From the NCBI GenBank assembly GCA_947470895.1, contig CANIVF010000018.1, forward strand, positions 2,409 through 66,408: DNA of 64,000 bases, in the 5' to 3' direction. The notes below the pieces were generated by a model. It ran no database searches. It worked only from the letters and a program-made list of their open reading frames with translations, and was not told where the DNA came from. The stretch is from Bacteroidota bacterium. GTDB taxonomy: Bacteria > Bacteroidota > Bacteroidia > Cytophagales > Cyclobacteriaceae. Position numbers and translations under genes: made by a program. Position 1 is the stretch's first letter. Each line of letters opens with the position of its first letter. This document shows, piece by piece, positions 10,926 to 23,286 of this stretch.

Positions 10926-11071
10926 TTTTGCTTGACGCTTTAATTTTGAGTGGTAAATGCAAAAATCAAGCGTGAATTAAATTGTATAAAAAATGGTCAA
11001 ATTATTTCAAATTAGAGCTGTTGAGAATATGAGCTGTTCGTTTTGGTTCCAAAAAAATAAATTTTAATCCC

Positions 11072-11109
11072 AAAAAGAGAAGGGCCCTATCAACGTATGA
11101 CAGGGCCCT
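11072..11109 (-). terminator. Terminator downstream of eno
   Basis: AGGGCCCT...AGGGCCCT hairpin with T-rich tracts on both sides (TCTCTTTTT on the minus strand). Confidence 0.6.
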
Positions 11110-11141
11110 TTTCTTTAATAATAATTAAAATAAATCCCCAA

Positions 11142-12431
<1,290 letters not shown>

Positions 12432-12454
12432 TTAAATGGTAATTGATACTTGGG

Positions 12455-13558
12455 TTAATTACTAACTGTTATGTCTTCTTTGATCATCGATAAAAACTGA
12501 TCGAATAAATATCGGCTGTCGTGTGGGCCTGGTGAAGCCTCTGGATGGTATTGAACTGAAAATGCTTTTTTGCTTTTCAATCTGATGCCCATGATGGTAT
12601 TATCATTCAAATGCACGTGAGTCACCTCTAAATCAGGATTTTTCTTAATGTCTTTTTCGCTCACTGCAAATCCATGGTTCTGTGAAGTCATTTCACCTAA
12701 ACCGGTAATCAGGTTTTTAACAGGGTGATTAAGTCCACGATGGCCGTGATGCATTTTATATGTAGAAATACCCGCTGCAAGAGCGAGCAGTTGATGACCT
12801 AAGCAAATTCCAAAAACAGGTTTGTTTAAAGTCAGTATCTCTTTAACTGTTGTGATCGCATAATCCATTACTGATGGATCACCAGGGCCATTCGAGATGA
12901 AGTATCCATCGGGTTCCCATGCACTCATCACGGCAAATGAAGTCCTTGCTGGAAACACTTGCACGTAACAACCACGATCAACAAGATTCTTTAAAATACT
13001 TGTCTTAATACCAACATCCAATGCAGCCACCTTGATAGCAGCTGAAGGATCACCAACAAAATATGTGTTCTTCGTACTGACTATCGAAGAAAGTTCAAGT
13101 CCATCCATAGATGGAACTTTCTTGATATCTTCCTTCAATTCCTCCAGTGAAAGCTCTGACGAAATGACGGCATTCATGGCACCTTTGCTACGAATGTATC
13201 TAACCAGCAAACGGGTATCAATGTCTGCAATGCCTACCACATTATTTTTCTCAAGATATGTCTGTAGACTTTCGGTGGCGGTTTTGCGGCTAAACTCATC
13301 CGAGAATTCGTTCACAACAATGCCACTTATCTTTGGCGATGAAGATTCCTGTTCATCGTCTTCCGTTCCATAATTGCCAATATGTGCCGCAGTGTTCACG
13401 ATGATCTGGCCATAGTAAGAAGGATCGGTATAAATCTCCTGGTAGCCTGTCATTCCGGTATTGAAGCAGATTTCACCTCCGGAGGTTCCTCGCTTGCCGA
13501 TGGCTTTGCCTTCCATAAGAAAGCCGTCTTCGAGTAGTAGGTATGCCTTGTCTCTCAA
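12455..13558 (-). CDS. carA: Carbamoyl-phosphate synthase small (glutaminase) subunit
   Basis: 367 aa with a GATase triad region (GICLGHQLL, HGHRGLNHP, VQYHPE). It has a TTG start. Confidence 0.95.
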   Translation of the reverse strand: MRDKAYLLLEDGFLMEGKAIGKRGTSGGEICFNTGMTGYQEIYTDPSYYGQIIVNTAAHIGNYGTEDDEQESSSPKISGIVVNEFSDEFSRKTATESLQTYLEKNNVVGIADIDTRLLVRYIRSKGAMNAVISSELSLEELKEDIKKVPSMDGLELSSIVSTKNTYFVGDPSAAIKVAALDVGIKTSILKNLVDRGCYVQVFPARTSFAVMSAWEPDGYFISNGPGDPSVMDYAITTVKEILTLNKPVFGICLGHQLLALAAGISTYKMHHGHRGLNHPVKNLITGLGEMTSQNHGFAVSEKDIKKNPDLEVTHVHLNDNTIMGIRLKSKKAFSVQYHPEASPGPHDSRYLFDQFLSMIKEDITVSN

Positions 13559-13663
13559 TGAATTAAATGGTAAGTGGTTAACAAAAATAGTTTAGTATTA
13601 AGGTTAGATCGTTATTCTTGCAAAGAAAATTTAAACAACCGGTTTCGAAAACCAAAAGGACAT

Positions 13664-13694
13664 AAAAAAAGGGATTGAACTTTCGCTCAATCCC
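13664..13694 (-). terminator. Terminator ending the ribosomal alpha operon (after rplQ)
   Basis: On the minus strand a GGGATTGA..TCAATCCC hairpin is followed by T7. Confidence 0.7.
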
Positions 13695-13716
13695 TCCTTT
13701 ATATTCAACAACATCA

Positions 13717-14232
13717 TTATTCTTTACTTTTAGATGCCTTGTTAGCTGCCTTTTTAGGTTTCTCCTCAGCAGCCGGAGCTGCTGCTACAACCTCTGCATC
13801 TTCACCCTTTTTAGGCTTACGACCTCTACGTGTTTTAGCTTTCTTCTCAGCACCATCCTTCTTGTATAAATCATTAAAATCTACTAACTCAAAAAGACAC
13901 ATTTCAGCAGCATCGCCTAAGCGAACATCTCCCAATTTAATAATCCTGGTATAGCCACCTGGACGATCCGCTGTGCGGCCTGCCACTTCTCCGAACAAAG
14001 CCGTTACCGACTCTTTGTTCTGTAGATAAGACATCACTGTTCTGCGAGAATGCGTAGTGTTGTCTTTAGCCTTGGTGATCAAAGGCTCAACATATTTTTT
14101 CAATGCTTTTGCTTTGGCAATAGTTGTTGTGATACGCTTATGAAGAATAAGCGATGATGCCATATTAGAAAGAAGAGCATGACGATGTGCCGACTTTCTT
14201 CCGAGGTGATTTATTTTTTTTCCGTGTCTCAT
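13717..14232 (-). CDS. rplQ: 50S ribosomal protein L17 with K/A/E-rich C-terminal tail
   Basis: 171 aa with an L17 core ([17 protein letters not shown]..) and a low-complexity tail of about 45 aa. Confidence 0.97.
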   Translation of the reverse strand: MRHGKKINHLGRKSAHRHALLSNMASSLILHKRITTTIAKAKALKKYVEPLITKAKDNTTHSRRTVMSYLQNKESVTALFGEVAGRTADRPGGYTRIIKLGDVRLGDAAEMCLFELVDFNDLYKKDGAEKKAKTRRGRKPKKGEDAEVVAAAPAAEEKPKKAANKASKSKE

Positions 14233-14234
14233 GA

Positions 14235-15224
14235 TTAATCTTCATCGAGTTTATACTTACTGAGATCCATTCCAAAGGTCAGGTTTTTCTCAGCTACTAA
14301 TTGTTCCAATTCAGCCAGAGACTTCTTACCAAAGTTTCTGAATTTCATCATATCCGAAATATCAAGCTGAACAAGGTCAGCAAGTAATTTCACATCAGCG
14401 GCCTTCAGACAGTTGTAGGCACGTACTGATAAATCAAGGTCATGAAGTTGAGTCTTCAACAACTTGCGCATGTGCAACATCTCTTCATCAACCTGCTCTA
14501 CTTCGCTATCCTTACCTGTTTCTAATTCGATTGATTTGTCGGAGAATAGTCTGAAGTGTTGAATCAAAATAAACGCAGCACCCTCAAGAGCTTTCTCAGG
14601 ATGAATTGATCCATCCGTTTCAATATCGACCAATAACTTTTCATAATCCGTCTTCTGCTCAACACGTGTGTTTTCAACACTGTATTTTACATTCTTCACA
14701 GGAGTGAAGATAGCATCGATAGGAATGAAGCCGAACACTTGCTCATTAGGCTTGTTCTCTTCGGCAGGTAGATAACCTCTTCCTTTTTCTATCGTCAATT
14801 CAATCTCAAAGTGAGCTGCCTCATCTAAGTTACAGATTACATGATCGCCGTTAAGAACCTCGAATGATGAAGTAAACTTCGTGATATCACTGGCCCTGAA
14901 TTGTTTCTGCTTTTTAATGCTTACGGTAATCTTGTTATCAAAATTATCAGTGACCTTCTTAAGACGAACCTGCTTTAAGTTCAAAATAATTTCTGCTACA
15001 TCCTCTACCACACCTTCAATAGAAGAGAACTCATGCAATACTCCAGGAACCTTAATTCCTGTAATCGCATAACCTTCTAGCGAAGATAATAGAATTCTTC
15101 GTAGCGCGTTGCCAATGGTTACACCGTAACCTCTTTCAAGAGGTTTGAAGGTAAAGAGACCATGGAAATCATCTGATTTCTCCATCACCACTTTCTCCGG
15201 CATTTGAAATGCTAATATTGACAT
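14235..15224 (-). CDS. rpoA: DNA-directed RNA polymerase alpha subunit
   Basis: 329 aa with a clear RpoA sequence, in the expected operon position. Confidence 0.97.
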   Translation of the reverse strand: MSILAFQMPEKVVMEKSDDFHGLFTFKPLERGYGVTIGNALRRILLSSLEGYAITGIKVPGVLHEFSSIEGVVEDVAEIILNLKQVRLKKVTDNFDNKITVSIKKQKQFRASDITKFTSSFEVLNGDHVICNLDEAAHFEIELTIEKGRGYLPAEENKPNEQVFGFIPIDAIFTPVKNVKYSVENTRVEQKTDYEKLLVDIETDGSIHPEKALEGAAFILIQHFRLFSDKSIELETGKDSEVEQVDEEMLHMRKLLKTQLHDLDLSVRAYNCLKAADVKLLADLVQLDISDMMKFRNFGKKSLAELEQLVAEKNLTFGMDLSKYKLDED

Positions 15225-15248
15225 ATGCGGTTTATTATTAGTTGAGAA

Positions 15249-15854
15249 TTACTTAGAGTACAATTCAACGATTAACTGTTCGTTGATATTTTCAGGGATA
15301 TCCTGCCTTGGCGGAAGATTGATCAGTTTACCTGACATTTCGCTGCCATCCCACTCTAACCAATTATATTTCTTCGCGCTTTGTACCGACAATGAGTAGG
15401 TAATAGTCTCTAGAGACTTAGATTTTTCACGAACAGCAACTACATCACCAGGACGCAAGCTTACTGAAGGAATGTTAACGACCTCACCATTTACAGTGAT
15501 ATGTTTGTGCACCACTAATTGACGAGCTGCTCTGCGCGTAGGTGCAATACCTAAGCGATATACAGTATTGTCTAATCTTGATTCCAACATCTGAAGTAGA
15601 ACTTCACCTGTCACACCCTTCTTACGGGATGCTTTATCAAAAATATTTTCAAACTGACGCTCCAACACTCCGTAGATATACTTTGCCTTCTGTTTTTCTG
15701 CCAATTGTACGGCATATTCAGATTGCTTGCGTTTTTTACCTTTTCCGTGCATGCCGGGAGGATAGTTCTTCTTTAGAAGTGCTTTACTCTCGCCAAGAAT
15801 TGGCTCGTTAAATCTTCTGGAGATTCTGGCTTTGGGGCCGATGTATCTTGCCAT
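15249..15854 (-). CDS. rpsD: 30S ribosomal protein S4
   Basis: 201 aa ([14 protein letters not shown]..). Confidence 0.97.
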   Translation of the reverse strand: MARYIGPKARISRRFNEPILGESKALLKKNYPPGMHGKGKKRKQSEYAVQLAEKQKAKYIYGVLERQFENIFDKASRKKGVTGEVLLQMLESRLDNTVYRLGIAPTRRAARQLVVHKHITVNGEVVNIPSVSLRPGDVVAVREKSKSLETITYSLSVQSAKKYNWLEWDGSEMSGKLINLPPRQDIPENINEQLIVELYSK

Positions 15855-15878
15855 GACTTATTCTTTGTCTTTTATTAA

Positions 15879-16283
15879 TTAAACTCTTCTTTTCTTAGGA
15901 GGACGGCAACCATTATGTGGCATGGGGGTCAAATCCTTGATAATTGTTACCTCGATACCTGAAGCCTGAATACTACGGATAGCAGATTCGCGACCGGCAC
16001 CTGGGCCCTTCACGAATACCTCTACTTTGCGCAAACCTAATTCAAAGGCTTTGGTAGCACAATCCTGAGCTGCAACCTGAGCTGCATAAGGAGTGTTTTT
16101 CTTAGAGCCCTTAAAGCCCATCTTTCCGGCAGAAGCCCAAGAAACGACCTGTCCGGTAGTATTGGTCATGGCTATAATGATGTTATTGAAGGTAGCACTA
16201 ATGTGTGCTTGGCCGACGGCTTCCACATTTACCACACGCTTCTTGCTCTTGTCCTTCTTTTTTTCGACTGCTGGTGCTGCCAT
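15879..16283 (-). CDS. rpsK: 30S ribosomal protein S11
   Basis: 134 aa with an S11 core and a short basic N-terminal extension. Confidence 0.97.
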   Translation of the reverse strand: MAAPAVEKKKDKSKKRVVNVEAVGQAHISATFNNIIIAMTNTTGQVVSWASAGKMGFKGSKKNTPYAAQVAAQDCATKAFELGLRKVEVFVKGPGAGRESAIRSIQASGIEVTIIKDLTPMPHNGCRPPKKRRV

Positions 16284-16313
16284 ACAGAAAAGTTTATTTT
16301 CGTTTAGTGATGA

Positions 16314-16694
16314 TTAACCTTTAGTTGCCTTCTTCTTATTGGCTACCGTCTTACGCTTTCCTTTACGGGTACGAGCGTTGTTCTTGGTAGTTTGCCCCCG
16401 CACAGGCAATCCCTTGCGATGACGAAGCCCTCTGTAACATCCGATGTCCATCAAACGCTTAATACTAAGCTGAACTTCAGATTTAAGTGCTCCCTCTATT
16501 TTGAACTGCTCAGCAATGGCCGCACGAATCGCGTTGGATTCCTCATCGTTCCATTCCTTTGCCTTTTTGTCCAAATTAACACCAACTTTATGTAGGATAT
16601 TTTGAGCCGACCTGCGGCCAATACCATAAATGTAAGTCAGGGCGATTTCGCCTCTTTTGTTATCCGGAATATCTACACCAGCAATACGTGCCAT
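16314..16694 (-). CDS. rpsM: 30S ribosomal protein S13
   Basis: 126 aa ([10 protein letters not shown]..). Confidence 0.97.
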   Translation of the reverse strand: MARIAGVDIPDNKRGEIALTYIYGIGRRSAQNILHKVGVNLDKKAKEWNDEESNAIRAAIAEQFKIEGALKSEVQLSIKRLMDIGCYRGLRHRKGLPVRGQTTKNNARTRKGKRKTVANKKKATKG

Positions 16695-16696
16695 AA

Positions 16697-16813
16697 TTAT
16701 CCTTGTCTTTGTTTATATCGTGGATTCTTTTTGTTGATTACAAACAACTTACCTTTGCGTCTGATGATCTTGCAATCAGCGCTCCGTTTCTTTATAGATG
16801 CTCTTACTTTCAT
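16697..16813 (-). CDS. rpmJ: 50S ribosomal protein L36 (Cys-poor, zinc-independent type)
   Basis: Hand-translated because it is not in the ORF track. Sequence is [38 protein letters not shown] (38 aa). Lies between infA and rpsM. Confidence 0.93.
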   Translation of the reverse strand: MKVRASIKKRSADCKIIRRKGKLFVINKKNPRYKQRQG

Positions 16814-16814
16814 C

Positions 16815-17033
16815 TTACTTGTATCTAAATGTTATCCTTCCTTTAGTTAAATCATACGGAGACATTTCCAATCTTACCTTATCTCCTGGCAAAATACGGA
16901 TATAGTGCATCCTCATTTTACCTGAAATATGTGACAACACTTCATGGCCGTTTTCCAACTGCACCCTGAACATTGCATTGGACAACGCCTCCAATATTGT
17001 TCCGTCTTGTTCTATCGACTTTTGTTTCGCCAC
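16815..17033 (-). CDS. infA: Translation initiation factor IF-1
   Basis: 72 aa ([17 protein letters not shown]..). Confidence 0.97.
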   Translation of the reverse strand: MAKQKSIEQDGTILEALSNAMFRVQLENGHEVLSHISGKMRMHYIRILPGDKVRLEMSPYDLTKGRITFRYK

Positions 17034-17809
17034 TTGAATGAATAAGCTTCTTCTAAATACTCGTGTGTTGTCAATACCTCAGTTCTGTTATCAAATACCG
17101 CTACCATGTGCTCAAAATGAGCTGATGGTTTGCGATCCATGGTGCGAATGGTCCAACCATCACGCTCCTGAACCACATTCTTGGTTCCCATGTTGATCAT
17201 CGGCTCGATGGCAAAAATCATCCCTGCTTCAATCTTCACACCTTTTCCTCGCTTTCCGTAGTTTGGAACTTCTGGATCTTCGTGAAGATTTCTTCCGACT
17301 CCGTGACCAACTAGCTCTCGCACCACTCCGTATCCAAATTGCTCTACGTAGTTCTGAATTGTAAAACCTATGTCACCAATTCGATTCCCAGCTTTGGCCT
17401 GCTCAATTCCGAGATATAACGAATTATATGTTCGGGTAAGTAGATCAATTCCCTCCTGCGTTGATCCTTCCATTGGATAGGTGTAAGCCGAATCACTATG
17501 AAATCCTTTAAATTGAACTCCACAATCTATGGAGACAATATCCCCTTCCTTTACAACATACTCTCCAGGAAATCCATGCACTACAATCTCATTTACAGAG
17601 ATACATAAGGTAGCAGGGAAACTTCCTCCATAATTCTTAAAAGAAGGCAATCCTTGATGATCACGTATAAACTCTTCGGCAAGCCGATCAAGATCTTTCG
17701 TTTTCACCCCAGGCTTTAACCTTTTGGCTACTTCCGCATGCGCTTTTCCTAAGATTTGCGCACTCTCCTTGATGATCTCAACTTCCTCTTCAGTCTTTAA
17801 ATGAACCAT
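17012..17809 (-). CDS. map: Type I methionine aminopeptidase
   Basis: 265 aa with metal-ligand motifs ([29 protein letters not shown]). The 3-prime end overlaps infA by 22 nt. Confidence 0.95.
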   Translation of the reverse strand: MVHLKTEEEVEIIKESAQILGKAHAEVAKRLKPGVKTKDLDRLAEEFIRDHQGLPSFKNYGGSFPATLCISVNEIVVHGFPGEYVVKEGDIVSIDCGVQFKGFHSDSAYTYPMEGSTQEGIDLLTRTYNSLYLGIEQAKAGNRIGDIGFTIQNYVEQFGYGVVRELVGHGVGRNLHEDPEVPNYGKRGKGVKIEAGMIFAIEPMINMGTKNVVQERDGWTIRTMDRKPSAHFEHMVAVFDNRTEVLTTHEYLEEAYSFKWRNKSR

Positions 17810-17815
17810 TCAACT

Positions 17816-19126
17816 TTAAGCCGCAGCAAACTGAGAACGTCCTTTTACTCTGCCTGACTTCATCATTCCTTCATAATGCCTCATCAACAAGTAACTCTCG
17901 ACTTGCTGTAGTGTGTCAAGCACAACTCCAACAAGAATCAATAGAGAAGTTCCACCGTAGAATTGAGCAAAATTCTGCGTTATTCCAACTCTCACTGCAA
18001 AAGCAGGAAGAATAGCAACGGCCGCTAAGAATATCGCGCCTGGTAAAGTAATCTTTGATAAAATACTATCTATAAACTCAGCAGTCTGTTTTCCTGGTTT
18101 AATGCCCGGAACAAATCCACCGTTTCTTTTCAAATTGTCTGCAATGTCATTGGAAGGGACTGTAATCGCGGTATAAAAGAATGTGAAAACAAGGATTAGA
18201 ATTCCAAACAATAAATTGTACTGCCATGAGGTGAAATCTGCAAACGTAGTTCCAACGTATGCGCCAACATCGCTATCTCTCCAAATCTGAGCTACGAGAG
18301 GAGGTATAAACATCAATGCCTGGGCAAAGATGATTGGCATAACACCAGCTGAGTTCAACTTCAATGGGATGAAATCACGCTTGCCGCCATACAACTTATT
18401 TCCAACCACTTGCTTGGCATACTGTACAGGAATCCTTCTTGTAGCTTGAGTCAACGCAATCACGCCAACAACTACGAAGAAAAGCGCTAGAATTTCAATG
18501 ATGAAAAGAAGCATTCCATTCATTCCCTTCGCGTCAAGTTCTTGATAGATCGCTGCTGGGAAACGAGATACAATACCAATCATAATCAACATACTTATAC
18601 CGTTTCCTATACCCTTGTCAGTGATACGTTCTCCTAACCACATACAAAACATAGTTCCTGCTACGAGGATCACTATTGAACTTACTGTGAAAAATATCCC
18701 GGGATTTAAGATAGCCTCTGTATTTACAGTAGCTCTTATGTAACCATAAGATTGAGCGGCTGTAATCAAAATAGTAAGAACTCGAGTAAACTGATTCAAT
18801 TTCTTACGACCACTGTCACCCTCCTTTTGGAGCTTTGTGAAATGAGGAACAGCAACGGTCAACAACTGAACAACAATGGATGCCGAGATATAAGGCATAA
18901 TTCCTAAAGCAAATATTGAAGCTCTGCTGAATGAACCTCCAAGGAATGTGTTCAATAAATCAAAGATGCCACCTTGATTTCCAGATAGAAGATTGGGATC
19001 AATGCCAGGAAGTACGATGTAAGATCCTAGTCGAAATATGATTAGGAATCCGATTGTATTGAAGATTTTGGTCCTCAGGTCCTCGATCGAAAAAATGTTC
19101 TTTATGGTTGTAAAGAAACGTTTCAT
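17816..19126 (-). CDS. secY: Preprotein translocase subunit SecY
   Basis: 436 aa, multi-TM, with a typical SecY sequence. Confidence 0.97.
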   Translation of the reverse strand: MKRFFTTIKNIFSIEDLRTKIFNTIGFLIIFRLGSYIVLPGIDPNLLSGNQGGIFDLLNTFLGGSFSRASIFALGIMPYISASIVVQLLTVAVPHFTKLQKEGDSGRKKLNQFTRVLTILITAAQSYGYIRATVNTEAILNPGIFFTVSSIVILVAGTMFCMWLGERITDKGIGNGISMLIMIGIVSRFPAAIYQELDAKGMNGMLLFIIEILALFFVVVGVIALTQATRRIPVQYAKQVVGNKLYGGKRDFIPLKLNSAGVMPIIFAQALMFIPPLVAQIWRDSDVGAYVGTTFADFTSWQYNLLFGILILVFTFFYTAITVPSNDIADNLKRNGGFVPGIKPGKQTAEFIDSILSKITLPGAIFLAAVAILPAFAVRVGITQNFAQFYGGTSLLILVGVVLDTLQQVESYLLMRHYEGMMKSGRVKGRSQFAAA

Positions 19127-19572
19127 TATTTCACAGTTGTGGCGGTGCCGCCTAAGTTTTCAATTGCTTTAGATGCCGTGGCGGAGAAGGCATGTGCCTC
19201 CACGCTTACTTTTGACTTCAATTCACCACGTCCTAATATTTTTACACTATCCTTTTTTCCTACGATTCCATTTTCAACCATAAGTTGAAACGTAATAGCG
19301 GATGCACTGGTCTTTTGTGCAAGATCTTCCAAGGCGTCCAAGTTGATGGCCTTGAAGTAAACCTTATCATTGTTCTTGAAACCAAACTTTGGAATACGTC
19401 TTTGCAGAGGCATCTGACCACCTTCAAACCCGAATTTCTTATGATATCCAGAACGAGATTGAGCACCTTTATGACCACGGCCTGCTGTGCTACCACCAGA
19501 ACCTTGACCTCTTCCGAGTCTCTTGTTATTTTTTACAGCTCCATCAGCCGGTTTAAGTGTATGCAGCTTCAT
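19126..19572 (-). CDS. rplO: 50S ribosomal protein L15
   Basis: 148 aa. Confidence 0.97.
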   Translation of the reverse strand: MKLHTLKPADGAVKNNKRLGRGQGSGGSTAGRGHKGAQSRSGYHKKFGFEGGQMPLQRRIPKFGFKNNDKVYFKAINLDALEDLAQKTSASAITFQLMVENGIVGKKDSVKILGRGELKSKVSVEAHAFSATASKAIENLGGTATTVK

Positions 19573-19573
19573 G

Positions 19574-19753
19574 TTATAATTCGGTTACGCTCACTAAGTG
19601 TTTTACTTTTTTCACCATGCCCTGAATTTGAGGAGTATATTCTACCTCGACCGAGCGGTGAACTCTGCCTAAACCCAACGATTGAATAGTTCTCAATTGA
19701 GTTTCAGGTCTTTTTATAGTACTGCGGGTTTGAGTAATTCTAACTTTTGCCAT
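19574..19753 (-). CDS. rpmD: 50S ribosomal protein L30
   Basis: Hand-translated because it is not in the ORF track. Sequence is MAKVRITQTRSTIKRPETQLRTIQSLGLGRVHRSVEVEYTPQIQGMVKKVKHLVSVTEL* (59 aa). Confidence 0.93.
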   Translation of the reverse strand: MAKVRITQTRSTIKRPETQLRTIQSLGLGRVHRSVEVEYTPQIQGMVKKVKHLVSVTEL

Positions 19754-19758
19754 AACTC

Positions 19759-20277
19759 TTATCCGTTGAAAACTTTTGATAATGAAACTCCACGATTCCG
19801 AGCGATGGTTTGAGGATCACGCATCGTAGTCAATGCTTTAAAAGTAGCTTTAACCACGTTGTGAGGATTTGACGATCCTTTAGACTTTGCTAATACATTG
19901 TGTACTCCGGCACTTTCCAATACAGCGCGCATTGCACCACCAGCGATTACTCCAGTTCCAGGGGAAGCTGGCTTAAGCAATACGAAGCCACCACCAAATT
20001 TGCCTAATGATTCATGAGGCACTGTGCCTTTAATGATAGGCACCTTGACCAAATGCTTCTTAGCATCATCAATACCTTTGGTAATGGCATCAGTTACTTC
20101 ATTGGCTTTTCCAAGACCATAACCTACAACCCCATTTCCATCTCCGACTACTACAATTGCGGCAAAGCTGAATCTTCTACCACCTTTCACCACCTTGGCT
20201 ACTCTCTGGATCGCTACCACTTTTTCTTTAAGGTCGATTTCACTCGCCTTTACTGTGCTGACGTTACTTTGTGTCAT
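19759..20277 (-). CDS. rpsE: 30S ribosomal protein S5
   Basis: 172 aa. Confidence 0.97.
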   Translation of the reverse strand: MTQSNVSTVKASEIDLKEKVVAIQRVAKVVKGGRRFSFAAIVVVGDGNGVVGYGLGKANEVTDAITKGIDDAKKHLVKVPIIKGTVPHESLGKFGGGFVLLKPASPGTGVIAGGAMRAVLESAGVHNVLAKSKGSSNPHNVVKATFKALTTMRDPQTIARNRGVSLSKVFNG

Positions 20278-20283
20278 GCTCTT

Positions 20284-20631
20284 TTAGAATTTTAATCCAC
20301 CTTCTCTGGCACCTTCAGCCAAAGCCTTTACATTACCATGATAGAGATAACCATTACGATCAAAAACGATCTCCTTCACCCCATTGGCTATTGCTTTCTC
20401 AGCTACTTTCTTTCCAACATTTTTAGAGATGTCCGTGTTAACGCCACCCTTCTTATCAAGTTCAATAGACGAACTTGAGGTGATCGTATGCCCCTTAGAA
20501 TCATCGATGATCTGAGCATAGATTACTTTATTACTGCGGAAGACTGACAAACGAGGTCTGTCTGTAGTACCCTCCATATTTTTACGGATTCCCCTCTTGA
20601 TCCGCTCTCTTCTATTCTTAATATTTGCCAT
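20284..20631 (-). CDS. rplR: 50S ribosomal protein L18
   Basis: 115 aa. Confidence 0.97.
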   Translation of the reverse strand: MANIKNRRERIKRGIRKNMEGTTDRPRLSVFRSNKVIYAQIIDDSKGHTITSSSSIELDKKGGVNTDISKNVGKKVAEKAIANGVKEIVFDRNGYLYHGNVKALAEGAREGGLKF

Positions 20632-20640
20632 GACTAACTA

Positions 20641-21192
20641 TTATTTAGCAGCTGCTTTACCAGCCTTTCTACGAACAAATTCACCGACAAAACGAATACC
20701 TTTTCCTTTATAAGGTTCTACGCTGCGCAAGGACTTAATCTTTGCAGCAACCTGGCCAATCAACTGTTTATCAATACCTTCCAATGTGATCGTAGGATTT
20801 TGACCCTTTTCCTGTGTGGCCACTACCTTAAGTTCAGAAGGTATTCCAACAATTACACTGTGTGAATAACCTAAGCTTAGATCCAATACGTTGCCCTGAG
20901 CAGTTGCCTTATAACCAACTCCGATCAACTCTAATTGTCTCTTGTATCCATTACTGACTCCCTCTACCATATTGGAAATCAAAGAACGATATAAACCATG
21001 CATGGCTTTGTGACGCTTCTGCTCTGTTGGACGCTCAACAACCACTTCACCGTTCTCTAAAATAATTTTAAAGTCGGGATCAATTAATTGTTTCAATTCA
21101 CCTTTAGGACCTTTAACGGTAACTACGTGATCTGCGAACGAGAATGTTACGCCTTTTGGAAGTTGAATTGGTAATCTACCTATACGTGACAT
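20641..21192 (-). CDS. rplF: 50S ribosomal protein L6
   Basis: 183 aa. Confidence 0.97.
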   Translation of the reverse strand: MSRIGRLPIQLPKGVTFSFADHVVTVKGPKGELKQLIDPDFKIILENGEVVVERPTEQKRHKAMHGLYRSLISNMVEGVSNGYKRQLELIGVGYKATAQGNVLDLSLGYSHSVIVGIPSELKVVATQEKGQNPTITLEGIDKQLIGQVAAKIKSLRSVEPYKGKGIRFVGEFVRRKAGKAAAK

Positions 21193-21202
21193 GATCTTTC
21201 AA

Positions 21203-21607
21203 TTAATAGATGTAACACAAAATCTCACCACCAACGTTAAGGGCTTTCGCTTCCTTATCCGTTATTACACCCTTCGAAGTTGAAAGGATTGCAATACCAA
21301 GTCCGTTAAGAACTTTTGGGAGTTTATCTGCTCCCTTGTACTGACGTAAACCTGGAGTACTTACGCGGTGCAATTTGGTAATTGCAGACTCTTTAGTCTC
21401 TGGGTTGTACTTTAAAGCAATTTTGATGTTGCCTTGACTGTTGTCGGTGTCCTCAAATTTGTAATTAAGGATATAACCTTTGTCAAAAAGCACCTTTGTT
21501 ACCTCCTTCTTGATGTTAGAAGCAGGAACTTCTACCACACGGTGACGTGCCTTGATGGCGTTGCGTAACCGCGTTAAATAATCTGCTATTGGATCCGTTG
21601 TTTTCAT
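21203..21607 (-). CDS. rpsH: 30S ribosomal protein S8
   Basis: 134 aa. Confidence 0.97.
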   Translation of the reverse strand: MKTTDPIADYLTRLRNAIKARHRVVEVPASNIKKEVTKVLFDKGYILNYKFEDTDNSQGNIKIALKYNPETKESAITKLHRVSTPGLRQYKGADKLPKVLNGLGIAILSTSKGVITDKEAKALNVGGEILCYIY

Positions 21608-21610
21608 TTG

Positions 21611-21646
21611 ACTTGTTTAAAAAGCAAACCCGTTTTTTGGAACGGG
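21611..21646 (-). terminator. Terminator-like hairpin + U-tract inside the spc operon, just upstream of rpsH
   Basis: The minus strand reads CCCGTT-CCAAAA-AACGGG followed by TTTGCTTTTT, 3-20 nt before the rpsH ATG. Confidence 0.4.
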
Positions 21647-21649
21647 CTG

Positions 21650-21680
21650 CAAATATATATAACAATTTCTGTTATTCAAA
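21650..21680 (-). promoter_or_regulatory. Candidate internal Bacteroidota promoter (TTTG-N19-TATATTTG) in the rpsN-rpsH spacer
   Basis: The minus strand reads TTTG aataacagaaattgttata TATATTTG, an exact match to the -33/-7 consensus with 19-nt spacing. Confidence 0.45.
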
Positions 21681-21740
21681 ACTGTTATCTGGTTTCGTTC
21701 CCGACCTAGATACTCAGTGTTAATATGTAGTGTAAAGCGA

Positions 21741-22010
21741 TTACCAACTCGCTTTTGTCAAACCAGGAATTTTTCCCTCGTTTGCCATTTGACGGAATTG
21801 GTTACGGCACAGGCCAAACTTGCTCATATAGCCACGTGGCCGACCAGTAAGTTTGCATCTACTACGTAAACGCACAGGTGAGGAGCTACGGGGGAGTTTA
21901 TCTAAACCTTCCCAGTCACCGGCCGCCTTCAACGTTTTACGTTTTGCAGCATACCGAGCTACTAACTTCTCTTTTTTCTTGTCTCTCGCGATGATTGATA
22001 ATTTTGCCAT
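21741..22010 (-). CDS. rpsN: 30S ribosomal protein S14 (long, non-zinc form)
   Basis: 89 aa. Confidence 0.96.
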   Translation of the reverse strand: MAKLSIIARDKKKEKLVARYAAKRKTLKAAGDWEGLDKLPRSSSPVRLRSRCKLTGRPRGYMSKFGLCRNQFRQMANEGKIPGLTKASW

Positions 22011-22018
22011 CGAATCAA

Positions 22019-22570
22019 TTAATTTTTAGTAACAAAAGGCATTCCGAGCGCTTTTAACAACTCATAGCTTTCTTCATCAGAAGACGCTGTAGTCACAAAA
22101 GTGATATCCATACCGTTGATCTTGCCCACCTTTTCGATCGAGATCTCTGGGAAAATGATTTGTTCCTTGACACCTAGCGTGTAATTGCCACGTCCGTCAA
22201 AACCCTTATCACTTACTCCTTTGAAATCGCGTACACGAGGAAGAGCTACGTTCATTAAACGATCCATGAATTCATACATACGATCGCCACGCAAAGTCAC
22301 CTTTGCACCAATGGATTGGTCTGAACGGAGTTTAAAGTTCGAAATATCCTTCTTAGAGCGAGTAGCTACAGCTTTCTGACCGCTGATGGTTGTCAATTCC
22401 TCAACACCAACATCAATCAATTTCTTATCTGCCACTGCTGCACCAATTCCTTTGTTGATGCAAATTTTTTCAACTTTTGGTACCTGCATTACCGACTTAT
22501 ACTGAAATTTTTCTTTCAGGCCGGGAACGATTTGCGATAGATACTTTTCTTTTAGTCTGGGAGTTGCCAT
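22019..22570 (-). CDS. rplE: 50S ribosomal protein L5
   Basis: 183 aa. Confidence 0.97.
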   Translation of the reverse strand: MATPRLKEKYLSQIVPGLKEKFQYKSVMQVPKVEKICINKGIGAAVADKKLIDVGVEELTTISGQKAVATRSKKDISNFKLRSDQSIGAKVTLRGDRMYEFMDRLMNVALPRVRDFKGVSDKGFDGRGNYTLGVKEQIIFPEISIEKVGKINGMDITFVTTASSDEESYELLKALGMPFVTKN

Positions 22571-22911
22571 TATTTTATTAATTCTCCGGTTTTCTTTGAA
22601 TATCTCTGAAGCTTACCTTTTTCATTAAGCTTTCTTCCTGTTCTTGTTGGTTTGTTACTGGAAGGATCTACCAACATTAAATTGCTGATATGAATTGTCC
22701 CTTCCATCTTCTTGATACCACCTTCTGGTTTGCCTGCTGATGGCTTCTGGTGCTTTGTGACCATATGGATGCCTTCTACAATCGCACGGTTTTTATCTGC
22801 AAAAACCTCCAATACCTTACCGGTTTTTGTTTTGTCGTTACCGGCCAGCACCAAGACTGTATCCCCTTTGCGGATATGTAGTTTGGGCTGTGTGTTAAAT
22901 TTTCTTTCCAT
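22570..22911 (-). CDS. rplX: 50S ribosomal protein L24
   Basis: 113 aa. Confidence 0.96.
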   Translation of the reverse strand: MERKFNTQPKLHIRKGDTVLVLAGNDKTKTGKVLEVFADKNRAIVEGIHMVTKHQKPSAGKPEGGIKKMEGTIHISNLMLVDPSSNKPTRTGRKLNEKGKLQRYSKKTGELIK

Positions 22912-22915
22912 GATC

Positions 22916-23284
22916 TTATAGAACTTCTGGTGCTAGTGAAACGATTTTCATGAACTGCTTCTCTCTCAACTCCCGGGCAACGGGTCCGAAAATACGAGTT
23001 CCGCGAGGTTCATTCTGAGCATTTAAAAGAACAACAGCATTATCCTCGAAACGGATATATGAACCATCCTTTCTTCTGATCTCCTTTTTGGTGCGAACGA
23101 TAACAGCCGTTGATACAGTTCCCTTCTTTATTTGGCTGGTTGGTATTGCTGACTTTACAGTCACCACAATCTTATCTCCTACGCTAGCGGAACCCTTTCT
23201 GGTTCCTCCCAATACGTGCAAGCAAAGAACTTCTTTTGCACCACTATTGTCTGCTACGTTAAGTCTACTTTCTGTTTGTATCAT
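22916..23284 (-). CDS. rplN: 50S ribosomal protein L14
   Basis: 122 aa ([17 protein letters not shown]..). Confidence 0.97.
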   Translation of the reverse strand: MIQTESRLNVADNSGAKEVLCLHVLGGTRKGSASVGDKIVVTVKSAIPTSQIKKGTVSTAVIVRTKKEIRRKDGSYIRFEDNAVVLLNAQNEPRGTRIFGPVARELREKQFMKIVSLAPEVL

Positions 23285-23286
23285 AA

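Noticed and set aside
17012-17033. 22-nt overlap between map and infA as a sign of frameshift or misassembly
   Set aside because: Both proteins are full length with normal termini. The MetAP catalytic core is complete well before the overlap. Short overlaps are common in this operon.
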